NCBI GenBank assembly: GCA_032718475.1
Contig: JAUCBJ010003910.1
Span: 1 to 38,006, forward strand
Direction of reading: 5' to 3'
Origin: Nemertoderma westbladi
Lineage: Eukaryota; Animalia; Xenacoelomorpha
DNA length: 38,006 nt
The notes beneath the pieces are model-generated. The model was not told where the DNA came from. It did no database searches and saw only the letters and a program-made list of their open reading frames with translations. Below are positions 1 to 12,450 of this stretch, in pieces; the first letter of the stretch is position 1, and each line of letters opens with the position of its first letter. The translations under genes were made by a program, and so were the position numbers.

Positions 1-99
1 AGCAAAGTCACATCCTTCGAAATTGCTACTAATATGCTGCTAATTTGATCGAAATAAATTTTCTTCGAAATTATCAGCATTTTCGCCGTCTAAATTGTC

Positions 100-600
100 T
101 GATAATTCAGTCTACAATTCGTAGTATAAATTATCCTTCTAAACGAAGGATAAATTCGAAGACTATTCGAAGATTCTGAAGATTTAGCTAGTTTTTAGCC
201 GGCAAATAGAAGGATAAATATGCCTACTATTCGCCGGATAAATTATCCTTCTAAACGAAGGATAAATTTGTAGACTTTTCGAAGGGTGGATGAATTGATA
301 ATTTTTATCCTTCGTTTAGAAGGATAATTTATGCTGCTATTCGAAGGATAAATTATCCTTCTAAATGAAGGCTAAATTTGTAGACTTTTCGAAGGGTGGA
401 TGAATTTATAGTTTTTATCCAGCGTTTAGATTAGAATGATAATTTATGCTACTATTCGAAGGATAAATTACCTTATATTCGAAGGATAAATTACCTTCTA
501 AACGAAGGATAAATTTGTAGACTTTTCGAAGGTTGGATAATTTAGCTTAGTTTTGTTTAGTTATGCATAGTTACTGTATGTTATGTTTTATCCGGCAAAT
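100..600. repeat. Sub-terminal repeat array of the outer element
   Basis: Many direct and inverted copies of GGATAAATTATCCTTCTAAACGAAGGATAAATTT and TAGACTTTTCGAAGG. Confidence 0.85.
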
Positions 601-811
601 TCTGAGAGTAAAATAATAATTATATACTGTAGTTATGCCTACTAATAATCCGAATATTTTTTTATCTGGGGACCATATTTAGCAGTAAATTTAGTACAAA
701 GTTATCAGTTCTTTAGAATTGTCGATTATATAATAATATATAATCTGAAGCAAAGAAAATTGATCTATATTATGTCCAGTGCCATTCATATTGTTTTATG
801 AAATAAATCCA

Positions 812-928
812 TTAATTACTGTGCTGTAATGCTGTGTCTGTCCTTAAAGATGCGGAAATCCATGTATCCAGAGTCTGCAGGTCTGAGTGTATGGCAGAGC
901 TAGAGGTAAAGGCGATGTCCATAATGCC
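812..928 (-). pseudogene. Possible terminal exon remnant of the outer element's accessory gene
   Basis: Minus strand ...CTGTAG|GGC ATT ATG... reads GIMDIAFTSSSAIHSDLQTLDTWISASLRTDTALQHSN-stop. It is a locally GC-richer island, but the acceptor has a weak pyrimidine tract. Confidence 0.25.
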
Positions 929-1559
929 CTACAGTATGTTACTGTCAGAATGTCAGACACCTGTAAAAACGAGACTACAGTATCTGACTACAGTATGTCT
1001 TTTATGCAGTCAGGGAAATCCTGGGGCACATATTTTTTCAGTATTAATACGTGTGCTATATCCGAAACTGAAAGTTTTAAAAAATATACCTTTTATACTA
1101 CAGTATAACGATACAGAAACTATTTAGTCTACTGCTCTATACTGTATAAAATTTATTCTTAATTAATAATTATTTTTTAATCTTTTTTTTAATATACAAG
1201 TTTTAATACAGTATTTAACATTTTAATATTCAGATATTTTCTTGCTATCATGCACCCCGGTCAGCCTGTACAATCAGCACGTCGCACATCAGCACATGTA
1301 CACATGTAATTAACAGTACAACATATCGCAGCGCAGTTGGAAGTTCCGTACCTGCTGACCCGTACCGTATTTTTTCGTTGGAATACATAATACTGCAGCA
1401 CACTTTCAGATCTCAGACTGAACACTGAACCCACGACCTCCAAGAGATGTGAATTCAATGCAACCACTACACCAAGGTCTCTTTGATTAAGAAAATGAAT
1501 TAAATAATTATTGAATGCTTTTAAATTTAATGGTGTAATTTAGTGTCGTAATTCAAAAA

Positions 1560-1935
1560 CATGACACCCCCTCCCCTTCCTCAACTTTTATACAAATTTT
1601 AATGAATAGCATGATATGAAACAGAGTTACAGTAGTTTCACCTCCCTCATCCGTAGTAACTGAGACAGAATTTGTATTTTTGCTTTTTATTCTTTAGCAA
1701 CAAGCGTTTGAAAAAAGTGTCACCGGCGGCGATATCATCACCAGTCCCATCTCAGTTATTCAACCTTTTATTAATTTGTTGGTTCTGATGGAAAGCTGAC
1801 CATGCAACGATTCCAAATATGTAAAAAATTTAAATTTAGGAAATAGAGTTGCTGAGATATGGGCTTTCGAAAGTTGAATGTTTTTTTCACGGCGCAAGGC
1901 TATTTTTATATTTAATAAATAAACCATGTTCTAGA
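1560..1935. repeat. Dispersed repeat, inverted relative to ~17630-17990
   Basis: Shared blocks TCTTTAGC..CAAGCGTTTGAAAAAAGTGTC, GATTCCAAATATGTAA and GAGATATG, matching the reverse complement of the 17630-17990 region. Confidence 0.7.
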
Positions 1936-1957
1936 ACATGATGTAAAAACGTAACTA

Positions 1958-2498
1958 GGGGGTGTTCGATAAAGTATGTCACGCACTGGGGGGGGGGGGG
2001 GGGGTCGAGCTTGCGTGACATTTTGTGACAGGGGGGGGGGGGGGGGGGGGTGTCGACTTTTGTGACGGTTACGGCGATGTTCTAGGCTTTAATGTTAGCT
2101 TGACTTTGACTTAAAACATATGTGTAGATGAGTGGGTAACTTTAAGGACAACAATACACTCAATAATATTGAGTATAATCGATAAATTGAGGAGGACATA
2201 GAAACCTATAGATGGCCACTTGACTTGCCAGTGGGGAAGGGAAATGTAGATATAGTGCTTGAATTTATATTGTATTTTGTTATAACAAACATTGTGTATT
2301 ATTGATATAAAATATTTCTTGTTAGGGAGACGGGGGAAGGGGTATTGTTTGGGGGTATTACAAATTTACCAATGAGACAGAGGGGCGAGAGGTGGGACTC
2401 GAGCTTGCGTGACATTTTGAAACAGAGCGGGGTGGGGGGGGGGGGGGGTGGTCAAAAATCGGGAAAATTTGCGTGACATACTTTATGAACGCCCGCCC
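1958..2498. mobile_element. PIF/Harbinger-like MITE
   Basis: Imperfect TIR GGGGGTGTTCGATAAAGTATGTCACGC ... GCGTGACATACTTTATGAACGCCCGCCC with internal poly-G tracts. TA abuts both ends and AACGTAACT is duplicated in the flanks, so the exact TSD is ambiguous. Confidence 0.7.
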
Positions 2499-2661
2499 TA
2501 GAACGTAACTGAGGGTTCAGATTCACTTTCCAGAAGAAAGACTTATTACTACTGTGAACAATTCGTATCTGGGCGTACTGTAACTGGGAACTGAAATTTG
2601 AAACCGTAATTTCAGATTTGTAAATCTGATGAGCATTCGCAGCATATGGTCATTTCCTTAC

Positions 2662-2682
2662 CAGCCGAGCCGCTTGGTCCAT
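2662..2682 (-). pseudogene. Possible first coding micro-exon of the outer element's accessory gene
   Basis: Minus strand ATG GAC CAA GCG GCT CGG CTG|GTAAG (MDQAARL plus a consensus donor), phase 0, compatible with the 812-928 exon. Confidence 0.2.
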
Positions 2683-4438
2683 TACTATGTAAAATATTAT
2701 CAATTCTTTATATATGGCTGATAATTGATATTGATGTCTTCGAAAACGAAGATAAATTATCAGGCAAATAATGCATATTTGCGTTATCAGAGAAGCATAA
2801 TTATTAATTAAATGCATCTAAATTTAATTAATTTTCATAGATCCATCAACACGAATAATCTAATATGGCTGACAATATGGGAAATTATTTAAATTTCAAC
2901 TAATAAATTCAAATTTTTCGATTATCACCTAAAGTTTCCATAGATACCCTCAAATATATATTGATTATATATTTCTCTATATACTCAGCCGCTTCCATTA
3001 ATAAGTATATAACGTATTGTAGGATAGGGAAGTAGGGTGTAGGGTAGGATGCGGTAGGCTACTACTGTAGGTATAGGCTAATACCCCCTCCCTCTTCACC
3101 AAAGCATCAAAGCATCCACAGGCAGGTCCAGTGATTGTTTCAGTTACATTTTTTTTCTTCAAAAAATAGTATTTTTTATGCTTCGAAAATGCTTCTAATA
3201 ATGTATGAAATTATCCTTCGAAAATGCTTCGTAAACTTCTAATTGAAGGCTAATAGTCTACTAAACGAAGCATTTTTATCTTCGAAATCATCCTTCGAAA
3301 AATGCTAAATAAACTTCTAATCGCAGGCGAATAGTCTACTAAACGAAGCATTTTTGTCTTCGAATTATCCTTCGAATATGCTTCGTAAACTACTAATCGA
3401 AGGCTACCCAGTGAAAAGTGCGCAAGCGTATCGCAAGCGTGCAACGCAGGCGTATCTCATGTGATTCGCAAGAGTTATGGCCCGACCCTTACGCAAGCGA
3501 CCCACTTGAGTTATGTCCCATAAATATCGCAACAGCTTGCGTTCAGTCGCATAGAACCCACTTGCGATTCACTTGTGATTTGCTTGCGACTTTCATGTGT
3601 TTCCATGCGTTCAGTCGCATATATATCGCAACTGCTTGCGTTCATTCGCATAAATATCACAACAGCTTGCGTTCCGTCGAATAGAACCCACTTGCGATTC
3701 ACTTGTGATTTGCTTGCGACTTACATGTGTTTCCATGCGTTCATTCGCATAAATATCGCAACAGCCTGCGTTCTGACGCATAGAACTCGCATGCGATTCA
3801 CTTGTGACTTCTTTGCGTTGTGATATATATATATTTATTATAATATATAATATATTTATAATATATTGCCAAATATATAAATAGAATTAATTTAGTGCCA
3901 ATTATATTTATGCCTTGTCCGGATTTAATTATTATAAAATAGAACAAACACAAACACAATCACTTTACTGAGTGTGTAATAATTTAAACTATCATTACCA
4001 ACCAATCCCCAGTATAAAATGTGGCTCGCGTAACAAAGCATTCTTTAATAAACAATTATTTATTATAAACCATTTCAGAAGATTGTATAACCATATAAAA
4101 TATAATAACACTAGAATTTGCATGCACAGTTGTTGTTACTCAATTACGACACAGTTACTATAAAACAAATATAATACTTTATGGTTTGCATATTCAAGGG
4201 GTGCCCCAAAAATTGTAGCAATCGATTGATGCGAACGTTTCGGATTTAATTTCACTAAAAATTCACATAAATATTGTAGTCACGGTTCTTTTCCGTAATA
4301 AATTCGCCAAGGAGTTATTCATTTAAAATTATTATTAAACGAATAACTTCTTGGTCAATAAATTAAAGAAAAGAACCGTGAATATATTTAACTACGTTTA
4401 ATATTATGATATTAACTATGTGATGGCAGTATCGTAAT

Positions 4439-4725
4439 TAGGGATGTACTGGAATTCCGTTCCGGCCGGAATTCCGGCCATTTTGGACCGATTCCGGGAC
4501 CGGAATGCCGGAATTTTCGACATTTTTTGTGATTAAAATATTCCTTTACTTTCTATAAAACATCTTACTGATCTTATTATTTTTGGAACAAAACTTTACT
4601 TTTAAATTAAACGTTTAACTAATAATAATTAACCACAACTTTGGGACCCAGGCTTTATTTTATAAAAATTCCGGTTCCGGCCGGAATATTCCGGCATTTG
4701 TAATCACGATTCCGGTACATCCCTA
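4439..4725. mobile_element. hAT-type MITE (287 bp)
   Basis: TIR TAGGGATGTAC...GTACATCCCTA, perfect 8-bp TSD ATCGTAAT (4431-4438 / 4726-4733), CCGGAA sub-terminal repeats. Confidence 0.92.
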
Positions 4726-5459
4726 ATCGTAATGAAAATTTTTACAAGTTTCATGAATTAGTCAATTAGTGTGAATTCTTCAAACACTGTTGCGTATTAT
4801 ATTAATAATCAATCCGACATTAATAAACAGTTGGAAGGATGCAACCCTCGTCATGTTTAGTATAAGCTATAATCAGTTAATGCGGACATGCGTCTTCTTC
4901 TTGTATCTACAGACTTTAACGGTTCAGACTTTGTAACAGACTAACTAAAACGAAATACAGAGACAGTTGACTAATAATAAAAATATGCACTCAGATTATA
5001 TAAAATCGAATATAATAAAATGCTAACATATTATTAACGTATAATCCGATAATAAATTTCGTAAAAAATCCAATAATATTTTTTTTTAATAAATTTGAAT
5101 ATGAATGAAATAATTTTAAATAATTTTAAATAAATTTAATAAATTCAACAATTATTCTGGAAATCTAAAATTAATACGTTATAATCGTCAAAAATTAAGG
5201 TTTACAGATTTTACAGAAAAGGGGAGGGGGGGGGGGGGGGGGGTGTTGCTGTTTTGCACAGGAGGCGGTTATCGTCATATTTTAAGTAAATTCTAAAAAT
5301 AATTATTTCATCCAAAGGGGTGTTTTTGTAACGCTTGTCACAGTTCAACAGAGTATTATATTATGTATAATTTCAGCTACAAATTGTATAAATCCATTTA
5401 TAACTTCAGTGTCGCAGTCTGTATTTGGGTGGCTGGAACTCATTAGCGGCCCATACGTG

Positions 5460-5584
5460 TCATGCTTCGTGGAGAAGATTGGTCATATCCATTAGCCCAG
5501 GGTCGTCCCGCGATCCAGGGTCGTCGATAATCGTCCCCGCGATGGTGACTACATCAACTACGGGTTCTACCATTGAATCCGTGA
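5460..5584 (-). pseudogene. Terminal exon of a spliced gene remnant inside the inner element
   Basis: Strong acceptor TTTATTTTTTTTACAG, then (V)TDSMVEPVVDVVTIAGTIIDDPGSRDDPGLMDMTNLLHEA-stop. GC-rich island whose phase matches the exon at 6543-6672. Confidence 0.55.
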
Positions 5585-5839
5585 CTGTAAAAAAAATAAA
5601 TTTTCAATGAAAATAACAGCGCATGACAAAAATAACATGCAGTGTGATACATGATACACTAATTTGATTTATCGATGTGCAAATACCTCTAAACTAGAGG
5701 AGAGGTATTATATTTTGGAGACGGGGGGGGGGGGGGGGGGTGGCGGGTGGGGTTAACGCAAATCCCATCTCAGCGAATTAATATCTCTGTATTATGTCTC
5801 TATTGTCTCAATGTTAAATTATCGATTTAGAGAAAGGAG

Positions 5840-5955
5840 TAGGGATGTCCCGGAATTCCGTTCCGGCCGGAATTCCGGCGGTTTTTGCCAGATTCCGGAT
5901 CCGGAAGGAATTGCCGGAATGGGGCCAATTCCGGCCGGAATTTTACCGGAATTAC
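5840..5955 (+). mobile_element. Left-end fragment of a hAT MITE related to 4439-4725
   Basis: TAGGGATGTCCCGGAATTCCGTTCCGGCCGGAATTCCGGC is near-identical to the 4439 end. No matching right TIR or TSD found. Confidence 0.7.
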
Positions 5956-6542
5956 CAGTTTGCTAACTAGTTTAATAGTTACAATTAGTTTGTGAAATCA
6001 TTACCACACATAATATTCTAAAAACAATAATATTATAATAGGTATATATTAATAATTGTCCAACAACATATCGTATTACCCCTAAAGCTGTAGCTTATTT
6101 ACAAAGGGGTCCTTTATGTTACTATGTTACTTAATTAGGTCCTGCGTCATTAGCCTTAGGTGTTGCCTACAGTAGTTTTATTTATACAGAAAATATATTT
6201 ATTCCCAGCAAAGATTAAATTGTAACATGTATTATTGACTTTTGTTTATTGATCTGGTCATAATTGCATGTCACTGTAACCTGCTCCTTTTCATTAACGA
6301 CACCAGGATATTGAACCAAAGCAATTAATAATACATTTTTGGTCAACGTTGGTTTTTAGGTATGAGCCCAAAAAACCTAACTTTTGGCCTAGGTTATGGG
6401 TTTTTGGATAAAAATGATTATTTATTATTATTATTTGAAAATTATGAAAAAAATTATTATTATCTGAAAAAATACAAAGAAGTTGCGGTGTAAAGTAAGA
6501 CAAAAGATATGTATTTTATAATATAAAAATTAATCTTTTTAC

Positions 6543-6672
6543 CTTTGTTTCCTTGAAACCGCCGGATATCGCAATACGTATGATGCACACTGCGAACGTG
6601 ACGCTCCAGAGCTGCATTAGAGAAACCCTCTCTATTGCGGTTCACTTTCTCAAGTATCTTTATAATACCAAT
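6543..6672 (-). pseudogene. Internal exon of the same spliced gene remnant
   Basis: Open frame IGIIKILEKVNRNREGFSNAALERHVRSVHHTYCDIRRFQGNK ending AAA G|GTAAAA (phase-1 donor). The 5' boundary is uncertain (weak AAG acceptor). Confidence 0.5.
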
Positions 6673-7023
6673 CTTGTGAAATATAATATTTAAAATTAAA
6701 ACATATTCAGTAGGCCTATTAGGCTACTGGTAGGGGTGCAGTGGGGTGGCTGATCAGATGGTAGACATATAAAACGAAGTACAGAGCTTAAAGAACTTAT
6801 ATTTTTATATTGTTACTTTTTTTGCTTGAATATGCCCTAAAATCGGGAGAAAAAGTAGTAGGCCTACTTTTTTTCCCCACTAGTAGGGAAAAAGTTGTCC
6901 CCGTAATATCTGAATATTGTAACTTTTTGTTGGGCACAGCTTTTGCAAAGTCGGCAACACAGCAACTAAAATTTTGCATTGATTTTACTTTTTCTCCTGG
7001 TAATAAAAGTAAAATAAAACATT

Positions 7024-7288
7024 GGCACTTGTGTCAAATAGGGCTGTAGGAGACCCTCCTAGCTCCTATTCTGCTAATCCTGAAATCACCAAAACTAAAG
7101 TCACTTTCACTAGTGTCCGGTTACAGGGTTAGCAAAGGAGCAGGTTACAGAGGTGAGTTGAAAGTAACCAAAAAACAATAAACAAGAGTTATGAATATTG
7201 ATATCACCTGCACTAAATTTCGGCATTAGCTGGTGATTTCAGGATTAGAAGATTAGGAGGGTCACCTATTTGATTTGACACAAGTGCC
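7024..7288. mobile_element. MITE with GG termini and 8-bp TSD (Merlin- or MULE-like)
   Basis: TIR GGCACTTGTGTCAAAT...ATTTGACACAAGTGCC with extended internal inversion (CTAATCCTGAAATCACCA / TGGTGATTTCAGGATTAG). Flanks AAAACATT / AAAATATT match 7/8. A related empty site TAAAATATTTTTGGTGGAATTTC occurs at ~24186. Confidence 0.7.
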
Positions 7289-8560
7289 AAAATATTTTTG
7301 GTGGAATTTCTAAAATTTCATTGAAAGTGTTGATCAAAATTTTTGATCGAAATGTATATGTACAATCATTTCGCAATGTTAAAATTTTGGAATAAAAAGC
7401 AAAATCCATCCCTACACACTATCGACTATTGCAATGCAACTTTAGTGCCTGCAAGGTTTACTCCAGAAATGAGATAAAGCCTCGAGAATAGGTTGGTGAA
7501 AAAGGTTATACTTTTTGCCCAAGTTATAAATGATTCTGGTTCCTCATAAGGTCAATTTATAAGGATTTATGTATGTATAGTAGGCCTATAAACAAACAGT
7601 CACTTAGATTCCTAAAACATTTCAGATGTCTTGATAAGAAAGCAGAGTCTAAAGACTGTTTAAAAGACTAGCGATTAGTGATGAGATGATGATGTTTCTA
7701 CTGTGTTCCAGGTCCAGCATGTTCCATATGTTAATGACCCTGATAAAGAAGAGGTGATGTATGGAAAAAGCAGACCCAGACATGGCAGCATGGGCAGATG
7801 GGCGGGGCTTGGCCTTCGCTTCATAATTTTATATATATGGTCAGGTCATGATTGCATTGGATGTCTGGCTGGGATATTATGTTGCACATTGTTGTAATGG
7901 AGGATCAGGTTTAGATCTTTACATATAAGTTTAAAGCACATTATCAAATTGAAGTTTATTTGATGTATTATTGTATACTGCAGTAGGTGGTGGTTCCAAC
8001 TTTAGAGTCTCCAGTTGCCAGTCATAACTAACAAAAGAATCAAGTCCACATATATTGTATAAACCACGTCAACCTGTCAACCTTTGCGGCAACATTTGTC
8101 TGGGCTCCAAACTGATGGTACAGTATTCCAATTGACAGATAGAGCTAGGACAGGCGAATATTACATAAGTCTTCAGGCTATCAGGAGAGGAATGGCTTCA
8201 TTTGATATACAAAGTGTTAAAGAGGACAATAACAACCAGAAAACATATTTTTTTCCGAAGATGTGTGATATGAATGATGAACAGAACAGATGAATGCCAG
8301 AATATCTAAACTTCCAAATTCTGGAATTGATTCAACATCCACAAGATATACAGTTAGGGACAACAGCCATATATGGACATAACAATGTAGCCAAAAATTA
8401 CAATAATTTATAGTTGATGCAGCCAAATAATATAAGTGATTCATATATTTGCAGCCAATTTTGGCTAGATTTACAGAAGAGCTCCAGCCAAATCACTACA
8501 GCAAAATTATTTTAAATATAGATGTGCCAGTAGTTAGTGATAGCGTAGATAGTGGTAGGT

Positions 8561-8684
8561 AGCGCAACGCGCACCTGTCTCACCCGAACGAGCACCTGTC
8601 TCACCCAAACGCGCAACGCGCATCTGGTTTGCGGTCATTCGCGCAGGTACGCGTCCGAGTTTTGCAGCATGAATTCCAACCTGG
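8561..8684 (+). mobile_element. Right-end fragment of the hAT MITE family at 8703-9637
   Basis: About 120 bp near-identical to 9513-9637, ending GCATGAATTCCAACCTGG. Confidence 0.85.
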
Positions 8685-8702
8685 CCGGTCTGCCGGTACC
8701 GG

Positions 8703-9637
8703 CCAGGTTGGAATTCATGCATGAGCGCGCAGGTACGCTTTGTTGTTTTGAAATCACCGCGCACCTGAAATTGGCTCGTCGCGCACCTCATCATATGTTA
8801 TAATCCAAACAAAATCGCGCAGCTCATGTCATGCATATCTCAAAAAATCGCACAGTTCATAAGAACAATTTTACATTCCTATTTTACAAGTTTGAGCGTT
8901 TTAAGCTTATCTTTACGTCCTGTACGTCTGTCTGTCTGTCTGTACGTTGAATCTAGGCTTACATAATAAATGTAATTTTTGCAACATCAAAATTGTTAAT
9001 ATTAAAAAATATTTTTTTAATCCACTACTATGGTGGCCCATCGGGCTCACTGCTTTTATAACAGAAAATATTATTTTAGATTACAAACAAAACATGTACC
9101 GGTAATTTCAAAAAAACGAATATTGACTGATTGAAATAGGTACCAGTCTGCCAATAATACTTTGTATAGCTGTATAGGCCTACCTAACAATTAGGCTTAA
9201 ACATACAGTTGGCTTATAATTAAGTCATACTTACTTATAATACATTGTTACTTTCTGACTTTACCTGTTTACTAACGTAACATCGGCATAGCATAGACCT
9301 AATAACAATACAACAATAGAGTACTGTAGTTAAAATAAATAGACAAATTCAGCTCCGGTTGCCGGTATTACAGTATTATGGTGAAGTGATTTGACTGTTT
9401 GAAGAATTGGAAATGAGAAACTAATGCGAGCGCAGCGAGCGAAATTTTTTTGTGTATTTTCGTGATTTCAATTAATTTGTGGTGCGCATCAGAAGCAGAG
9501 CTGCGCGCTGAGGCGCAACGCGCACCTGTCTCACACCCGAACGCGCACCTGTCTCACCCAAACGCGCAACGCGCATCTGGTTTGCGGTCATTCGCGCAGG
9601 TACGCGTCCGAGTTTTGCAGCATGAATTCCAACCTGG
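8703..9637. mobile_element. hAT-type MITE (935 bp)
   Basis: 18-bp TIR CCAGGTTGGAATTCATGC...GCATGAATTCCAACCTGG, perfect 8-bp TSD GGTACCGG (8695-8702 / 9638-9645), GCGCA sub-terminal repeats. Confidence 0.9.
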
Positions 9638-10740
9638 GGTACCGGTAGACCTAGACGTAGGACGCAGCACAAGACACGGCCAGTCCCAGTCAGAGTCAGC
9701 CTACTGCAGATCCAGATAGCAGATAGGCTATAGACCAGTAGACAGCTAGTGCTAGCTTGACCATCAAAGCAAACTGCCTGACTGAAGCAGGCCTACCTGC
9801 CTACTGCTGCAGTTGTGAGTGACTCCGTCAGTCCGTAGGCAGTTCACACTTCACTGTCACTACTTGCTACAACTATGATACCGGTACCGGTAGTTACAAA
9901 ACAACAGTACTGCAACTGCAATGTACTGAATGAATACATTCCTGCATTCGGATATTCAGTACGTACCGGTACAGCAGTAAGTCAGCCAGTACAGTTGTAG
10001 GGTTGTAGCGCCAAAAATTCAAATTCAAATATGCCCGCAAAAGGCATAACAGCATAAGGTGACAAATGAGTGATAAATCTCAAGAAATTCATAAGTGTTG
10101 ATTTCACAAATTTCTTTAATAAGTGATTCCAATGCGTTTTTTCGCATGAGATAAAACGAATGTGATTCGCAAGTGTATCGCAGGAGTTTTATCACTAATA
10201 ATTTTTCCGCAAGAATAACGCATGGCGCATGAATATCACTTGCGATTCGCTTGCGCACTTTTCACTGGGTAATAGTCTACTAAACGATGGATATTTCTCT
10301 TCGAAATCCACCCTTCGAAACCTTTAAGAACATTGGAACCAAAAAGCCGGCTTTTATCCGGCGAAATTAGCAGGGTATTAGCCGGCGAAATTAGTAGCAA
10401 TTTATCAGCGACTTATCATGCTATGACTTTGCTGGGTTAACAAATCCAACAGTACAATATGCCGCCTGGCTTATGCAGTTATGGGGATACAGAAAATAGT
10501 TATGAAGTGGTCATCCTTGGGAGATTGTGTTGCGCAACCATTCTTTTCCGGTAACATCCAAGAGAGAAAGGAGCTTCAGTTGTTTCTTGTTTCCTTCCTT
10601 CACTTTACTTTACGTTATTTAGGTAAATACCAATTACGTCACACAATGCAGCAATGTGCAGCTGTATGTAAAGTAATAAATTTCGACATTGTAGGGGCCT
10701 ATCGCACTGTACTGTATGTCATGTTAGAGTATAGAAACGG

Positions 10741-11162
10741 ATACCGCAGAAATATACCACCGACAATAGTCTGACTACCACCGACAAAAACTAATAATAC
10801 TAGCAACACACCGACATATGAAAAACACTAACGATTTTTACCATTACGCTATGCAATATAATAATTTAAAACAAGATAATATATGAAGGCGGTATTATAT
10901 TTTAAAGAAATTATCATGACTAATTACACCACCGACAACAGGCCGACAGTGGACAATATACTGATATACTTTGTTATAAATATTTGGACTGGAAATAAAA
11001 ATTGTATAATCATATACTGAAATAGTTTACTAACATTGCCGAACCTGTCGGTATACTGTCGGTTTGCGATCTTACCTGTCGGTTTGTGTCTTTTGTTGTC
11101 GGTGGTTGTCGGTGGTATGCGAAAGGTGTCGGTGGTTGTCGGTGGCGTATTTAGTCAAACCC
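10741..11162. mobile_element. Degenerate MITE-like element with inverted ACCGACA motifs
   Basis: CACCGACA copies on the left half and TGTCGGT copies on the right half. The right end is GTATTTAGTCAAACCC, the left terminus is unclear and no TSD was found. Confidence 0.5.
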
Positions 11163-12450
11163 ACCGGTAAATGTTAGTCTGTTAGTCTATGCTGTTGCTG
11201 TATACCGATATATTATGCCCATCATTATCTGACAGTCTGATTATAGCATTTTATCATTATTCAGTTATTTGACTATCATTTAAAATAGAACATACAGACA
11301 TACAGACATAGGCCTATCTGATTATCATTTAAATAGTTTTGTGTTTAACAAAACAGTTACCGGTACCACTGTTCACTGTTCACTGTTGACTTTAACAGTT
11401 TAACCCTTCCATTGTCAGATTGTACAGGCGGAAATAGCTAAAATTAAAACAGACAGTTAGCCTGGTCCAGTTAGGGTCTAGGCCTACCCATTTTTACCCA
11501 ATCATGCTCAAGCTGTCAAGGAACTTCCAACAGAACTCTCAAGATCCTGAGATCTCTCTCAGACCAGCAGACCTATTTCAGTATTTCAAAAATATATGGA
11601 TAGTGAACTCTGAACTCGTCCCATCTCATTGGAAGCTCGCCAATTTCCAATATCACCCCATATTCAAGTAGGCCTACAGAACTGCAGAAGTACCGGTAGG
11701 CCTAAGTCCCAATCAGCCAATATCTGAATATACATGTTTTTAAAAGTCGTAAAAGATATTGATACCATATTTTAAAATATCGTCTTTCTGTCTTTTTGTT
11801 TGAAATTTAGATTAATATCAGTTCACTTGCCTTATTTTATTTTTACTTTATTCGGTTATATTTTATATAAGTTTATACAGTATTAATAATTATGATTAGA
11901 ACTATGTATATTTTTTTTGTCATCCATGTCTTTTTAATGTATCATATTTTAATATTATTCTATATTTTAATGTCATCAGTTAATGTTTTTGTAAACCTTG
12001 ATGATGTTCTCCCTTGTTTTTAAATATTTTATTTAATAAAAGGTGAAATATAATAATAATAATAACATAAGTATAAGTTATTTAAACCAAATGTGGCATC
12101 ATGCTTAATACATAATACAAAATAGCTTTTTCTTTAGAGTAATCAACCCTTCCTTCAGCTTCACCCTTCTGCCCTTGCCTTGGCAGCTGGAACGGATTAG
12201 CCGCCAATGTCAGATGTAGTTGAGGCAACATCTTTAAAGCTCCCTTTAAAACTCTATTACGTGATGTTGTTTACGTGACGTGGTTTTATTACGTGATTCA
12301 ATAAACCTACATTACAATACATAATATACTTATTTTATTAAACATTGCTTATTTTAAGAATAAATGTACACAAATTAGGCCTACTAGGCCCTAACATAAA
12401 TCATTTTATTTTATTACATTTTAAGTATTTTAATAGTTTAATGTGTTAAT

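Larger units (their letters stand above)
3407..10269. mobile_element. Inner CACTA/EnSpm-like non-autonomous element, nested in the outer one
   Basis: 31-bp TIR CCCAGTGAAAAGTGCGCAAGCG(T/A)ATCGCAAG with 1 mismatch and a TA duplication (3405-3406 / 10270-10271). Removing it restores GAAGGCTAATAGTCTACTAAACGA, identical to the intact repeat at ~3245. Sub-terminal TCGCA/TGCGA repeats at 3407-3825 and ~10100-10269. Confidence 0.9.
1..10436. mobile_element. Outer CACTA/EnSpm-like non-autonomous DNA transposon (left terminus clipped by the window start)
   Basis: Window starts AGCAAAGTCA...AAATTGCTACTAAT. The reverse complement of the end at 10436 reads CCCAGCAAAGTCA...AAATTGCTACTAAT, so only the first CCC is missing on the left. 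Dense sub-terminal repeats (CGAAGGATAAATT / TATCCTTCGAA) occur at 1-600, ~3180-3406 and 10272-10400. CCCAG ends plus sub-terminal repeats fit animal EnSpm elements. No transposase ORF seen. Confidence 0.75.

Noticed and set aside
3250-3823. Short ORFs over sub-terminal repeats (also 8534-8803, 9450-9719, 26568-26900, 28289-28832)
   Set aside because: They coincide with transposon repeat sequence and have no coding signature.
7620-8420. Short ORFs with FFIRVINIWN / YFFPK motifs reminiscent of LINE C-termini
   Set aside because: Too short and stop-ridden to support a call without a profile search.
12138-12260. GC-richer island as possible exon or ncRNA
   Set aside because: No ATG or splice pair, and no recognisable RNA family features.
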